Source: Geosiphon pyriformis uo1 (lineage: Eukaryota; Fungi; Glomeromycota). Taken from it: DNA of 64,000 nucleotides. Under the pieces are notes generated by a model. That model saw nothing but the letters and a program-made list of their open reading frames with translations. It had not been told where the DNA came from and ran no database searches. Positions 38,477 to 53,700 of the stretch are shown in pieces (the first letter of the stretch is position 1; every line of letters starts with the position of its first letter). Position numbers and translations under genes: made by a program. The DNA lies in the NCBI GenBank assembly GCA_016748015.1, contig JAAOMT010000594.1:186001-250000 (forward strand), given 5' to 3'.

Positions 38477-40364
38477 TTATGGTATAAAGCTTTCCTCGAC
38501 AAAATGTTTAATAACTTGTTTCCCCGCTTGAAACCTTGAATTTCTTACAACGACAGCAGCGTGCGCGTTTATCGAATCGATATAGACTGTATATTTTTCA
38601 AATTGCAATTTGTTGAGATTTTCGCATGCTTTAAGTTGTGATTCCATAAATTGAAGTCTTGGGAAATCAGGGGAAACCGAGAAAAGTGGGATTTGGGCAT
38701 CGTTGTTTGAGGTGGCAAAAGTTTCGGTTGCTTGGGATTGGTCTTCCGATAATGATAAGATATTTTTGATATTTACCAGAGTTTCAATACCTCCTTCTTC
38801 TAAATCTGAAGCTGCTATTTCTAATGCGGATAATGTTCTGTTTTCATTGTTTTCATTGTTTCCTTTTTTGGCACGATTTTCGATGATTTTGTATACTCTT
38901 CGTCGTGATATGATTCCCTGGACTGAAATTGTGCTAAGTATTACAACAAGCCAAATTGGAATAACCAAAGCTATTAAAGAGTATACTGTTAAGTTTTTTG
39001 TGACATCAAAAACTTTTGTAATGAATGCCTCGTTTTCCTGTTCATCCTTTTTAGATATTGATTCCACAATAGAATTGAACTTGGAATTTTTTGTACTAAA
39101 AAATAGACCCAGGAAATTGGTTAGAAATGTAAAAATGAAAGTTTTATAATGACAGAATTCGAAATGATCTTACAGAGATAATTCATTGAATTTTAGAAAG
39201 GGATCTACTTCGGATATCGAAGCAGTCCAAAACGGGACAGTTCTATCATTCTTCGCATTAGCGTATAATTTCCTATATTTAAATAATTCAAGAGCCTTGA
39301 AGAATATCTGCTCTAAAATTTTAGAAGATATAAGTCATTTTTAAACATATGATGGATGGTTCGTATTTTAAATCATTGTAGTAAGTTCTATCACATACCA
39401 GGATCAGACAAGACGGTGAGTATTGGAAGGTCATTTTCATATTTGTCATTCCATTGTAATTGCTCCCCTTAAATACGAAGAGAACATTATATCTTAAAAA
39501 TAAGCTTTCAAAGTTTAATAACTAAAAGAGTCAATTTACATACCAGTTTTTGATAGGATCCGTGATGAAGTCCAATTGAAAATTTTACTTGTTGTCTTTT
39601 GGGGTTCTAGTTGAATTCCCAAATGTGGGGTGACAAAAGTTGTGAAAAGCTTAAAAAGGAAATATAAAGTCAATAAATGCAAAATGGTTATATTCAGGTG
39701 ATAATTACGAGAAAATCCAAAGCTATTAAACTATTAAGCTATTAATTACCCATGGTTGAATTTCTTTGAAAAATCCTTCTTGGTGAAGTATACCGATTGC
39801 GTACCGTGAAATGAGTCCACCAAGTGAATATCCAATAATCGAAAACTTTATGATTTTCCTGCCGTCTTCCTTTAAATTATTGATTTCTTCATTTATCTAA
39901 AAATTCATTCACATAAATGTTAATTAGATCAGAAAACATTTAAACGAAGATTTAAGAATAAAAACGAAAAGGGTGAAATATGCTATTTCGAAAAACTGTG
40001 ATTTCTTACCTCCTCAATCAATCGGTCCCCACAGATATCGATGCCATCATAAGTATAAGTCGTGGTATTGTTCTTGGAATTTAACTAACCAAATCAAGAA
40101 GATAACTCTATTAGAAAAACCCGGAAAGGCTCTGCTAGATGATATTTGAAAGGAAAAAACCTTACTATGTGTATTTTTTCGCCATGTTTTTCGTTTAATT
40201 GAGTTACGAGGTATTTTAGGTGTCCAGGATTCCCCCATAAACTATGAAACGAGGTTTTGATAACATTAATCAAACGAATTTTGAGCACCAGCCAAAAAAC
40301 TCTTGAAAACTTACCCATGAAGACATACAACAAGATGAACGTCTGTAGTTTTGCCTGTGGCCAT
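38477..40364 (-). CDS. DUF676 putative serine esterase/lipase (Rog1/Lpl1-like), multi-exon
   Basis: HLVVCLHG|LWGNPGH, TYDGIDICGDRL, GYSLGGLISRYAIG, TPHLG, LYANAKNDRTVPFWT and NAHAAVVVR. Confidence 0.9.
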
Positions 40365-40643
40365 AATTTTTCTAGTTTGAGCAAATAGTCGATTCAATAA
40401 ATATTTAAATATTAAACTCTTGATAGTTTGCTGACTAATATTTTGAAGGAAGCGTACCAAATCGGCCCAGAAATATCCCGCGGTTAATTTATTGATAGCA
40501 CAATGACGACTATTGATTGCTATAGTTTGATTACTAAGCATGCACAAAAACAACTTTAATTAAACTTTTAAGGTTCAATCTGAGTTCGAACTTTTCTATT
40601 TTAAATTCATCTAAAATACAAAAAGTAAATTTAAAAAGGAATT

Positions 40644-42833
40644 CTAAATTTCTCGTTTTTGAACCCATCGGTTGAAGAAGTCTAAACTTGCGTTTGGTTG
40701 ATCATATGGTGTCATGTGACCTGCTTCATAAATCTGTATGAAAGTGAATCCTTGGTGGGACTTCACTTTACCGGCAAGTACTTCACCACCATCCTCAATT
40801 ATCCAATCTTTGTTCTCGGCAGAGTTGAAACCGGCTTTACCAGGCCACTCTAATTGATTAGCCCATGCGAGATTTCCTTAAAGTAGTTAAAAATTAAATC
40901 TTCGATCAGACCATTGTCAACGTAAACAAAAATTCCGGATAATTAACTCTTATACGTCACATACCAAACCAATTACAAATGAAGTCGGCATCTCCGGCAT
41001 AAATAAGGACCCGAACCTTATTGGCCAAAAGTGGTGGAATTGATAAATGGAAAGGACGCATCCTATAGAGAAATGGTATTGCTTTAATTAACATTCCTTT
41101 CGATTATTAAAGTAAACTAAAGCCAAAGAAGACATACCAATCTCCTGCCATTTGGAACCTGGAATAGATTGAGGTTATTGAAAAAAAAACCAATTAGTTA
41201 TTAGTTCCTTATCGGCGGAAATATAATGTTTCTTACCTAAAATTCACTTCCATATTACAACTCTTATACCCATTAACCTCAGCACCAAGTTCAGCCATAA
41301 TAGCTGGTTTATTCAAATAGTTTTCGATAGCAGACAAAATTGGATAACATAAATTATTGCCTTCACATTTCTTTCTAACATCGTAAGGATTCTGACCAGA
41401 AGCTTGATAGGGCTGAATCAATTCTTTATTACAATACACGGAAGCCGGCAGACAATTGAAAACATTTTGAGATTTATAGCAATTATTGATCAGGCGAGCA
41501 CATGTAGGATAGGCTTGTCTCATTTTGTCGCAAGTAGCTTCATCCAATATTGGTCCATAGGTAGAATTACAAGCCATATTAGGATAGTATTCATATTGCA
41601 CTAAAGGATCAACAAGCCCATTTCCAATTAAAATAGAATCGAGATTAATGTGCTTAAGTTGTTTCGGTTTAGTGGATTGAATCCATGCAGATTTTCCTTC
41701 ATTGTTATTGTTAATTTCAGCAGCAATAGCAGGAATGTAATGCCCAGCATATGATTCCCCGGCGATATGAAAATCTAGTTTTGCATATTCTGGGAATTGG
41801 TTGAAGAAAATCTGAAGAAAGGCATAGACATCTTTGGATGCGGCAAGAGTGTTTGAAACTCCACTACCATAAGAATATCCCACATTCATAGGCTAACAAA
41901 AATTCAAAAAAATATATTTAATTTGAAATCATTAAATTGAAGAGTTTTTGAAGAGAAAAAAGTACCTGATCCAAAAAGATTATAGTTGCATTATTATTCC
42001 ATGAAGATGGATTAATCACAGTATCGCTGCCTTCAGAATTCACCGTACAAGGTCCTAGTTCAAAGAAAAGGCCGGTCAAGGAGCTGCAGCCTGGACCACC
42101 ATTGAGCTAGGGATTTTGAAATCCAAAAAGAGGATCAGAATAACTACGTGAATTTTATTAATCGGAATCTAAGAGGTAATACTTACCCAAAGGACGATGG
42201 GATCATTAATTGGATCATTGCGCGATTCAAAGAACCAAAAGAAGAAATGTTTTTTCTCGTCAACGTTAAAATAACCAGAATACTAAATGGGTAATTTTGT
42301 AAATATATTAGTAATTAGGAGCACATGATAAATTTGTTCACATGAATGCATATTTGAGAAAGCGCAGGAGATTATATAAAGCCTTAGAAATTCACCTGTT
42401 TGACAGATGGATCACATAGTTTAGGTTCCTTTAACTTAATATTATAGCCAGGGAAATCACTGTGCGTCAAAATCTGAGCCCAAGGTTTGTTGCCACTTTT
42501 CTTTGGGTTCAATCGATCTTTTATGTCTTTCACACCTTCCTCAACATGGTGACCCACGATATGAAAGATATCTTCTAAAGTACTTTTAGCATCCTCAAAT
42601 CCTTTTTCAACTTCTTTGACTCCATTTTTTATTTCAGCCCACTTCCCTGAGCCTTGGACATCTAAGTTTTCCAACCAACTTAGACTAGTGTATTTCGTTT
42701 CTTCCCCATCAGTAAATGACAACTCTTCGTAGTTAACTAATTGGGCAGGAATTGTAAGGAGGAAGAAGCAAACAATGGTAAAAACTGTTAAAACTGCTAA
42801 CGGCCACTGAACCCTAGATTGACGCGAAATCAT
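40644..42833 (-). CDS. Serine carboxypeptidase S10 (carboxypeptidase Y-like), multi-exon
   Basis: N-terminal hydrophobic segment; [28 protein letters not shown] and [11 protein letters not shown] supply the catalytic S, D and H. Confidence 0.95.
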
Positions 42834-43299
42834 GATATTATTTAATAGCGCCCTTTCGGTGATTTTCCTTTATATCTTTAATAGTAGTAAAGAACTAGAG
42901 TGGGAAGGCGCAAAAAATGGGACTTGGGAAAAGCTTCACATTATTATGTATTTGCCTGTGGATACGCCCTTGTGATCAAAGTTCTATTCCGAAACTTAAA
43001 ATTGGATATACGTCACCTATTAACGCAAGTGAACAAAATAAAATTATTTTTATTATTATGCTTTAAAAGTATAGCCTAAAAGTTATAACATATACATGTT
43101 CAAACATAGATGTGAATTGTGCTTTTTACGCCACTCAAGCCGATAAAGATTATTTTGCATTTAAGACTATATACACTTGTCCAAAATTACTTCAATATTA
43201 CCAACATTACTTGTTATATTTTAAGAAAAGACTTATTGCAATTATTAAAATACTAACCATGTTATTTAAACATTTTATTGCAATAAACCAATATTTAAA

Positions 43300-46200
43300 T
43301 GATTTTGTAATTTAATTAAATGTATTATTAACAATATTTAATTTTGTTTTTACAATTTGTTTATTAATTATATAATTTATTTTACTTAACAGTTGTTTTA
43401 AAAAATTGGTTATTATTATTTAATAAAATTAATTCATAATTAATATTATAAATTAGTTAATTATATAATTAATATAATAATTAACAAAAATAATACACAT
43501 TTATATTTAATATATTTAAAATTAATTACAGTTAATTAATTACTTATATTATAAATATTTAAAGAATAAGTTTTATTTTTATTTTTATTTTTATTTTTAT
43601 TTTTATTTTTAACTGATTAAAGTAAACGAATAATTAAATTAAAAATACATTTAATTCAAAAGTTTTAAAAAAATAAAATAGGTTTTAATATTTATATTAA
43701 AATTTATCTTAACAATTAAAAAAAAACTAAATTTATTAAAAATTAATTTTTTTAATTCTATTAAATTAAACAAATTTTACAATTTTAATTTTAATAACTT
43801 CAATTTAAATTTATGTATATATTTTATGGATAATAATATTAAAAAAATTAAAATTATATGACATTAAAAAAACAGCAGTTTTAATATAAAATATTAAATT
43901 AATAAATTAATATACATAAATATTAATTATTATAAAAAACTTAAAAAAAGGCTTTAATAACTTATAATTAAAAAAAAACCCCTCCCATTATTTTGTTGTT
44001 GCTTTTAATAATTAAAAAATATTTTTTTAATTTTACATATAAATTTTTTAACTATAAATTAATAATTAAACTACTATTTTTTTTAAATTTTTTAATTAAA
44101 TAAGATTTTTTATTATTTATTTTAATTATAAACAGTAATTATTAACTTAGATTATGTGTTTTTAATATGTAATTAGTTATTTAGATTTTAATTAAAGCAA
44201 TATTATACAAAATTAATCATATTTATATTATTTTTATATTTATTACTAAATTTTTAACACAATAATTTACATAAAAAAAATATTCAATTTCTTTTGTTTT
44301 TTAAAATAATTAAACAAATCAATCAAAAATATATTAATTATTAATATTATAATGTTTTTTATATTAATACTTTAAGTTATAATTATGTTTATTTAATTAT
44401 TAAAAAATATTTATTTATTTTTAAGAATTTATGTTTAATTATAAATAATTTAATAATATTTACTATTTTTGTAATAATTATTTTGTTATTATTATAAATT
44501 TTACATATTTTTTTATATTAATTCTTTAATATAAATTTTTTAATCAAAATTATGTAAAATTAAGTTTTTATTATTGATTTTTTAATATATTTAAAAATAA
44601 AATATTGATCAAATACTTTAAAATATTTAATTTTTAAATATTAATCTTAAAATTTCAAATTAAAAAGCTTTATACTTAATAATATTATTTATTTTTATTT
44701 AATATTTAATAAATATTTAAATATATAATTAAATATTTTGTTATTTTTATATTTAATAAAAATTATATTGAAATAATTAATATTATAAATTTTTTTTATC
44801 TTATTACTTAAATGTTTTTTTTTAAATTTTTTATAATATAAATATATAATTTAATAAACTTTGTATTTGTTATATTAATATTAAATATAAATTTAAATAT
44901 ATTATTATGATTTTTTTCAATTTATATTATATATATAATTTATATTTAAAAAATTTTTAATATATTTTAAATTTTATTTGTTATAATTAATTTTATTTTA
45001 TTTTATTATTTAATGAATAAAATCTAAATATTATTTAACATAATATATTAAACTAAATAATCTAAACTAAACACAAATTATGTATTTTCTATATTTAATT
45101 TTATTATATATATATTAAATAAAATATATAATATTATTAAAATAACTTATTATTTTTATATTTTAAATACTTATTTTAAATATTATATAATAATCTGAAT
45201 TTTTTTTTATATTTAATAAGTAAGATTCAAATATTATTTAGTACAATACATTAAACTAAATAATTTAAACTAAATGTAAATTATGTATTTAGATATATAT
45301 AACCAGCCATTCAAATCAGTCTAAATAATATTATGTATCTATATATACAAAAATTGTGTTTTTAATATTTGAAAAAAATAAACACAACTTGTATATACTA
45401 AAACAAATCTTAAAAACTTTTGTAATTTTAAGCATTTTGATTATACTATTAAATAATACAAATAACAGCTTAATAACAATCATAAAAATATTATTATTAT
45501 ATAGAACAAAATTTTTTTTTTTATAAAAGTCTAATACTTAAAACAAATAAGTTAAATATTATTTTTATAAACCAAACCAAAGTTATGCACAAAGTTTACA
45601 ATTTTTTTATTAACAATTTTAGTATTTTTAAAAATTAAAAAACTTTTAAAACTAATTTTTATAAACAAATTTTTTATATAAAGTTAAATATAGTAAATTA
45701 TTAAAATAGTACAAAACAAACTACTATAAAACACATAAAAAAAACCTGAACAAACCAAAATCTGTTTCCCAAATAACTGTATAAGTATTTAGTAATCTTT
45801 AATAAGACTTATTATTTGATCTACAAAAAAAACATAATCTAAAAACTTAATGTTTTTATAGAATAAACATAAAATACTATGATAATACTTATTGTATAAA
45901 TGCTTTTAAACTGTTACAAGTAATTTGTAATATAAAATTTTCATAAAATAAAAATACACACTAGCTATAACCTTAATTATAAACTTTGCCAATATATAAA
46001 AATTAAGATGTTATATTAACAATATTTAATTTAGTCCATATTTTTAATTAAATTAGTATTTAGAACATAAACATTAGATCTGATTTTTTAATAGACATAG
46101 TGAATTGTCTAAAAAACATTGTAAACAAAATGTCTTATATTTTTAAAAATAACTATACTATCTGCTTTAAAAAAATTTTTTTATATATAAATTAGAAACA

Positions 46201-49200
46201 TCATATCCAAATATAAAATTATATTAACCAAAGCATTAGTTAATCCATTATTTAATATATTTGAATAGTTCTTAATTTTGTACTAATTAATACTTAACTT
46301 TCTATTCTTAATAATATTTACAATATGACAATATTTGATTCAACAACAATTATAAAAGTATAACAAGACCAGAGCAAATTCTGGATTATATATATTTAGA
46401 GTTATTTAATTGTTAGAAAACATATTAATTATATATAAACAAAAAACATACTTCAAGACAAGCATTATAGTTTACAATTCAGCCATAGTAAAAAAAATCA
46501 ACTCAAATATCTTAAAACTTAAACTCAAACCAAAGTTATTAAAAAATATTATCACACCAGCTTTTATTATAAAAGTACTTAAATTATTAAAAAAAATATT
46601 AGTGTAAACAAAAAAACAGATTATATTAGTACTCAAAAACTGTTTACAAACTAAATTAAAATTATATAAACCAAAAACATCCAAAAATTAAAAACTGACA
46701 GCTAGAAAAAAACTAAAAAACAAAAAACTGTATTATTCAAAAACTTAACAACAGAATAGAACCAGATTGGAACAAAGTTCTAAAAATTTAGTCTTTTTTA
46801 ATATTTAAAAGTTTTTTAAATAAAAATAAAACTTTTTTTATTACACAATTGTTTGATAAAAGCAATACCAAATTATTTAAGTGAATAAAACATTTTAAAG
46901 AAAACAAATTTATTTAAGACAGTTAATATTAGAGTTTTTTCCTAAAATCGAAATATTAATTACAAAAAATCAACTAAAGGCAGATTATAATCATAAAAAA
47001 CACAAACTACACCAGCCAAAAAATTGTTTAATAAGCAAATCTTTAAACAAACCAGATAATACAAAAAATAATAAGAAAATTAACTTAAAACTTGTAAGTT
47101 AAGAGACTTATAAGTAAAAAAATAGTTCAAAATATTATATATATTAGAAAAACCCAACACAAAAACTAACTTGCTTTAAGCTTGTATTTGTTTAAAAGTT
47201 TTTAAGCCATATAAAAAAGAATAATAAATCGTATTATTTGAAAAGTCTAAAGATAAATAAGACTTAGATTTTAAGTTTTTATGAATTATAGTGTCTTATT
47301 TATTATACATTTTATTAAAGACAAAACTAAATAAAATTTTATAGTTAATAATTAGATAAAATACTACCAAAACCAAATACAAAAATTGTTTATTAGAAAT
47401 ACTTTTTTTTAAAACTTTACCAATAAAAAATTTAATGTTTAAGTAAACTCTTATTAAACTAAACTTAAACAAACTTTCTATTAAAAAAAAATACCCAAAT
47501 ATTTGTAAAATTTTTCTTATTTAATCATTAATTGATAAAAAAAATTTTTTTACTTTATAGTTAATTAGAATAGTTACAATTTTATTATTATTAATTAAAA
47601 TATTATTGATTTAAAAAAATCCACTTACAATATTCAAAATATACTAAGTTGTTGTTTTATTTAAATAGTATTATCAACAAATACACTAGCAGCAAAAAAA
47701 AATGTAAAACCAGTTTTGTTTTTTATATTTATTTTAGCTATAAACTTAAAATTAATTCTATATTCATATATACTTTTTTGTTTTTTGTTTTTATATAGAA
47801 AAAAATTATAGAAAATACATCAGAGAAAAAAAAAACCACTTTATCTTAATTTAATCTATCATGTACTTAATATTTGTCTGTTAAACCAAAGTTAATCAAT
47901 TTAATTAACATAATTATTATAAATACTGCCAAAAAATTTAATATTTCTTAATCCAAATTAAATTGTTTTTTAAATATATTCAACTTACTAGATTATATGC
48001 ATTTTACATATTTTGTAATATTAATCAAAGTTCTTAATTTTTTTCCAAAATGTTTTTTATCACTAAATTAATAGCAAAAATTGGAAATTGTATAATTGTT
48101 TTTTTTAAAACCAAGAAATTATTATCTTAAAGCATTTTATATTTGCTGTAAACCGAAAAAATTTTATCTAACAATACTTTAAAAACGATTTTCTGAGCAG
48201 TCTTAATTAATACAATAGGTTTTATATTAGTTAAAACTGTTTTTTATTTATATAGCTTAGGAATTATTAATATTTAAGCTTCTTTTTAAGACTAAAAAAC
48301 TAATTTATATATTAAGCAGCTATTAAAAAAATCTAGCAAAAGATTTAAAACCAAAAAATTACAATGTTTTAAAGTTTGTTAAGTATTTTAAACAAGTCAA
48401 AAGCTTTTTTATCTGACAAATCTAATATAATTTTTAATATTTTATTAAAACTAATTTTATTTATAATACTAAAAAAAACATTATCTTTTATATAAGTTAA
48501 AACAAATATTGTTGATGCTAAATATTTAGAACAACTTTGTTACTGTTTATTTTCTTTTTTATTCTTTTATAATTGAATTTATTTGAGACTTAATTTTGTT
48601 AGATTTTAAAATCAAGTCTTTTTTATTTACCAAAAAATCTAAAACTATTTTGTAAAAAAAACATTTTAAAATACTTTAATAATATGGCTTTTATTAATTT
48701 TAAAACTTTTTATTTTCTTATTAATAGCAATATAAATTTTTATAACTTTAGCATATTAAAACTCAACAAACTTAAATGCTTAATACAACTTTCTAATCTT
48801 GATTAATTTAAACTTAACTGTATTTAAGTTGGCTTTAAATGTTAAAAATCTTGTATACTATATATATGTTATATATTAAGTAATAATTAATAAGCAATTA
48901 AGTTATTTAACTTATAACTAAAACTTAAATATAAAGTTTAAACAATTTTAAACACCAAAATTTCCAATTTATAAAATTAAAATAAAACTTTAATAAATAC
49001 ATTATTGAAATTCTTGCTTTAAGATTTGAAAAAAACTTTATTGGCTAAAAAATTAATAATCTTTTTAATAATATTTTACATAGAATCTAAATTAAAAGGT
49101 TTTTTTGAAAAATCAAAATTTCTATTAAACACAGTAATATTTATCAATATAGTATTTTTAAACTAAATCTATTTAATTATATTAGTTCCTTTAAAATTGT
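43300..49200. repeat. Extremely AT-rich repeat relics; 45.3-48.4 kb may be a decayed coding retroelement
   Basis: Base composition with residual codon-like texture but no intact motif; near-duplicated block at 45030-45090 and 45235-45295. Confidence 0.55.
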
Positions 49201-50707
49201 GAAATAAGAATAGAAATTTAAGAATAGCTTATTAAAAGAACACAACTGCCAAAATAAACTGGCCATTATACTAAAAAAAAAATTCACAAAAAAAACCATT
49301 AATTAAATTTTTGTCTATTATACAAAAAACTTAACTAAAACTTTTAAAATTACCAATATTACCAACTATTAAGCACCAAATTATAAGTTTGTTATTTGTT
49401 TCAATGTTCTAAATAATCACTTGTAACATTTGGTGCTCCTTATGAAATATAATCTAGCAGAGAACCAACACTAACAACAATTATCTAAAACAGTGACAGA
49501 ATCAGAAAAAATAGAGACAAACCACTTGGAATTTATAAAAGCTTTATTCCAACACTATTAAATTCATCTTGAATTAACAAGTAACTATTGGTCAGCAAAA
49601 TCAACTTTCAATTTTTATGTCAATAAAAAAATTAAATCTCACTTGAAAGACCAAAAAAATCTGGAAGCAATACTCAACAATTTCTATAGTAAATTACTTT
49701 AGAGTACTATGTTTCTACAAAATTATTTGTTTGTTCCAATAATTACAGAAATCAACAAAAAAATTGAGAAGCACACCAGTGTTATGGGATGGTTTTCTTG
49801 TTATATTTAATTGCTGATATCCCACTTTAATTGCAATTAGTCTTTCGTGAGTTCCTTAATTCTATTTGTGTGATAATGTCACTGTTACACTGAAGGCTTT
49901 CTTTTTACTGTTGCGATGTAAGTTATTCTTTAATTCTTAATTGTTGTGTGTGTTTATGTACTCCTTCTCAGAGGCTGAACTGAAATCTACCCACTGTCTG
50001 GGGTCTTCTCTGAGGCTATCCTTGCAATTGCCTAATGTGTTTCTCTAATCTAGAAACACAGAATGTTAATGGNNNNNNNNNNNNNNNNNNNNCTTAATAC
50101 TTTGGGTTGTGATAGTTCCGTTTTAAATATTCTTTTTCATTTTTTTTTGATTTTTAAAGGTTTCTTGGGATATTTAATTTGAAAGTATTATTTAAAGTGG
50201 AGTTTGTTGGATAAAATTGGATCTGTTGCTTGATAAGTTATGATTTTTATTACTTGATTGATTATTTCTCAATATTAAAACTACTGTATATATACATGTT
50301 TGTAGTTCTATGAAAAAATACTTTCTTTTTGATATTTCAACCTGGTGTTTGCTGCTATTACCAGTTGGTGTTGACTGCTATTGTGAACTGGTGCTTGCCA
50401 CTATCGCGAGATGGTGTTTGCTACTATGTTAATTATTACCTTTCTAAGATTATTACTGTGCTATATTATGATTGAATAGTTTGTATTATTTTTATGATTC
50501 TTTTTGCTAAATTCTTAAACTGTAACATTATCCCCTCCTTTCAAGATTGAGCTCTGTCGAAATCGAAGTTAATTTCTTCATTAAATTCTAAGTTACTATA
50601 GTGGTTCAATACTGTGTTATTAATTTGTTGTTGTAATTCTTGAAATTGCGAGTTGGTAAGTCGTCCAATACNNNNNNNNNNNNNNNNNNNNTGTGATCTA
50701 AGATTAA

Positions 50708-53700
50708 TTATCTTTTCGAATAATGTTCAATTAAAACTATTGGTTCTAAATCTCGTGGAATTTGTTCTGGTAGAATTAAAGGTAATTGTGTTCCAATTCT
50801 GGGTGTTTTTGTTGTTATTACTGGTTTACTGTAATAGAATTTCAGCCAGTTACCATGTGCTGCTTTTCTTAATATTTTATCATCTAGTCTTAGCTTGTAT
50901 GCTCCATTTCCAAGTATTTCGTGAATATAAAATGGTCCATCCCACTTGTGATCAAATTTTCTACTCCACTGTTTTTCCATTTTTGTACGATGCAACAATA
51001 CTTTATCTCCAATTTTGTAGCTAATTATATTATCTGGTAACTGATTATCATGTCTCACTTTTTGTTGTTCTTGTGATTGTTCAATATTTTGTGCTGCTTT
51101 TCTTCTTTTGTTTTCTAAAGTTCCCATTAATTCGTATGTTCTTCTAAGTAGTGTTTCTTGGAATGTTGCTTCCGTGATAGTGTCACTTGGATAAGTTGGG
51201 ATAGTAAGTTCAATGGGTAATGTGGCTTTTCTTCCATAAACTAGTTCAAACGGTGTGAATTGTGTAGTATCTTGTTTTACTGTTCTATATGCTAGTAGTA
51301 CTGCTGGTATGAACAAATCCCATTTTTTTCATGTTCGTTACTAATTTTCGCCAGTGATTCACATAATGTGCGATTAAATCTTTCAACTAATTCATTTGTT
51401 TAAGGGTGGTATGGTGATGACAGTGGTCGCTTAATTCCAAATTTTTGGCTAAGTTCTTTTAAGGTGCTGTTTACAAAGTGTGTGCCTTGATCTGATAGCA
51501 ATTCTTGTGGACATCCATGTCGGCAAATTAAGTCTTCATGTATGAATTGAGCTACGGAAATAGCATCAGCTGTTTTAATAGCTCTAGCTTCTGGCTATTT
51601 GATGAGATAGTTCATGGCTACTGCAATATAATGGTTGTTTCTTGTTGTTATTGGTAAGGGTCCAACTAAATCAATTCTGATTCTGTCAAATGGCTGTCCA
51701 ATTTTTATTGGTCTTAATAATTCCATTGTTTTTGCTCCTCTTCTTCGTTGGCATGGGTCACAATTTCTTATGTATTGGATTATGTCTGAACTCATTTTTG
51801 GCCAATAGTAACGGCTAGTTGCACGTTGGATGGTTGCTGTTTTTCCAAAGTGGCCTGAATGAATATCTGAGTGCATGTTAAATAAGATAGTTTCTTTTTC
51901 ATCTGTGGTTATAACTCTTAATGGATTATCTGGATTTTGTCGATTCCAGTAATAAAGTATGTGATTTTGGATGAAATAGTGTTTTGCTAATTTTTGGAGC
52001 TTAATTAGCTCTTTTACTGGCATTTCTTTGTCTATTTGTAGTGTTTCCAAGTATTGGCTGAGGTTTTTNNNNNNNNNNNNNNNNNNNNTTTGGTTGTTTT
52101 GCTGTTTAGTTTGCGATAGTTGATGCAAAATCTAATTTTTCCGTTCTTTTTCCTTACTAAAACAACTGGTGAGGACCATGGGCTTATTGATGGTTGTATT
52201 ATTCCTTTTTCCAACATGCTTTGGACTTCTTCTCTGATAAAATTATGCTCTATTGGTGGGGCATGGTAAGCGCGTTGTTTTTCAGGTCTGGCGTCTCCAG
52301 TGGGAATTTGGTGTTGAACCAAGTTGGTTCTTCCAAATTTGCCATTTCTTGAAAATATATCAGAGTATTTTAAAATTAATGCTTTTAATTGTTGCTGTTG
52401 GTCGGGATCCATTGTTCCAATGTTTAATTTGGCCAATTCTTCTGGCGTAACTTGATAGCATTCTACCAGTTGTTGCCAATTTATTGAAGTGAGTTCACAA
52501 TAGAGGGCAATTTCTGGGAAATTTAGAATTTCTTGTGGTGTTGACGTGTTTTCTAGCTCCGTTCTGAGGTATCCAATGATGGTATCTTCCAGAATGTAAA
52601 CGGGTTCTTCTGTGGTGTTTGCAATAGAAATTTTTATCCATTGAGCTTTATCAGCTGGAATAAAAAGATTAGTAAGTCCTATGAGAAACTGTTGGCAAGT
52701 TTCTGGGTAGGGCTCAAATATTAGGTCTTTTTCTTTAATTGTCCTTTTTATTCTTATTTCTGATTTTTCATATGGTAGGAGCGTGATGGATCGCTCATTT
52801 TTAATTACTTCGCCTTTTTCCTCTATTGTTTCAGCAAAATTCACTTCAATTCCTTTTCTTGTCGATCCGAAACCAAAAGTTCCTCTCGTTGTTTGTGACA
52901 ATTCCTCATGATTTTCCACTGGCATGAATTTCCCAATTTTTACCAATGGTAGGAAAATTGCTTGTGCAATCTTTTCCTTAGATTCAATAGTATAAGGCTT
53001 TTCTGAATTGTTCTGTAGCAAAACCATCAAATTTCCAGTGTATTCGGAGTCAATTACTCCTCCTTGAATGCTTATTCCTTTTTTCGCGAGGCTTGATCGC
53101 GATGCCATTTGAACCATTATTCCTGGCGGAATTTCAACCACTATTTTTAGGTCAATTTTGGTGATGCTCCTGGGTGGTAACGTTGTGGATTGGTCTTCCG
53201 GATAACGTAGATTGAATTCGGCGTCGGTTAGATGAGCTCTTTTGGGTATTATTCCTAAGTGCCCGTTGTCAAAGTATCGGATGTCGGTCACCTGTTCTAG
53301 GTCAGTATAGGCTACAAATTTTTCTGACTCGGGACTGTCAGGTGAGTCTTGTTGATTTATTGATTGATTTTGAGACTGCTGATTCTCAATTTCCATTTTT
53401 CTTTCTAAGTCCCTTTCGTCTTGACACTCTTCACAGCACTGATTTTGGCACAGGATGAGACAGTTTTCACAGAGGTAAGTGTTGATTTGGGTGAGGTATT
53501 GTTCTTGCTCTTGTCAAGTGGGGCATAGTTGTTGGTAGTAGTCCTGGAATTCGTCCATTGGGTCAAACATGTTGTAGCTGGCGACTTCGTCGGCTACTTC
53601 GGCTGACTCTTTCCAACATCATATTTCTTCGGCGGTTCCTCCTCTTACTTTGGCTTGTGCGGTGTTGTACAACTCATCCTCGTCGTGTGAGTAGTGCTGT

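Noticed and set aside
36310-42833. Three tightly spaced co-oriented genes as a functional cluster
   Set aside because: Unrelated housekeeping functions; tight spacing is normal in gene islands.
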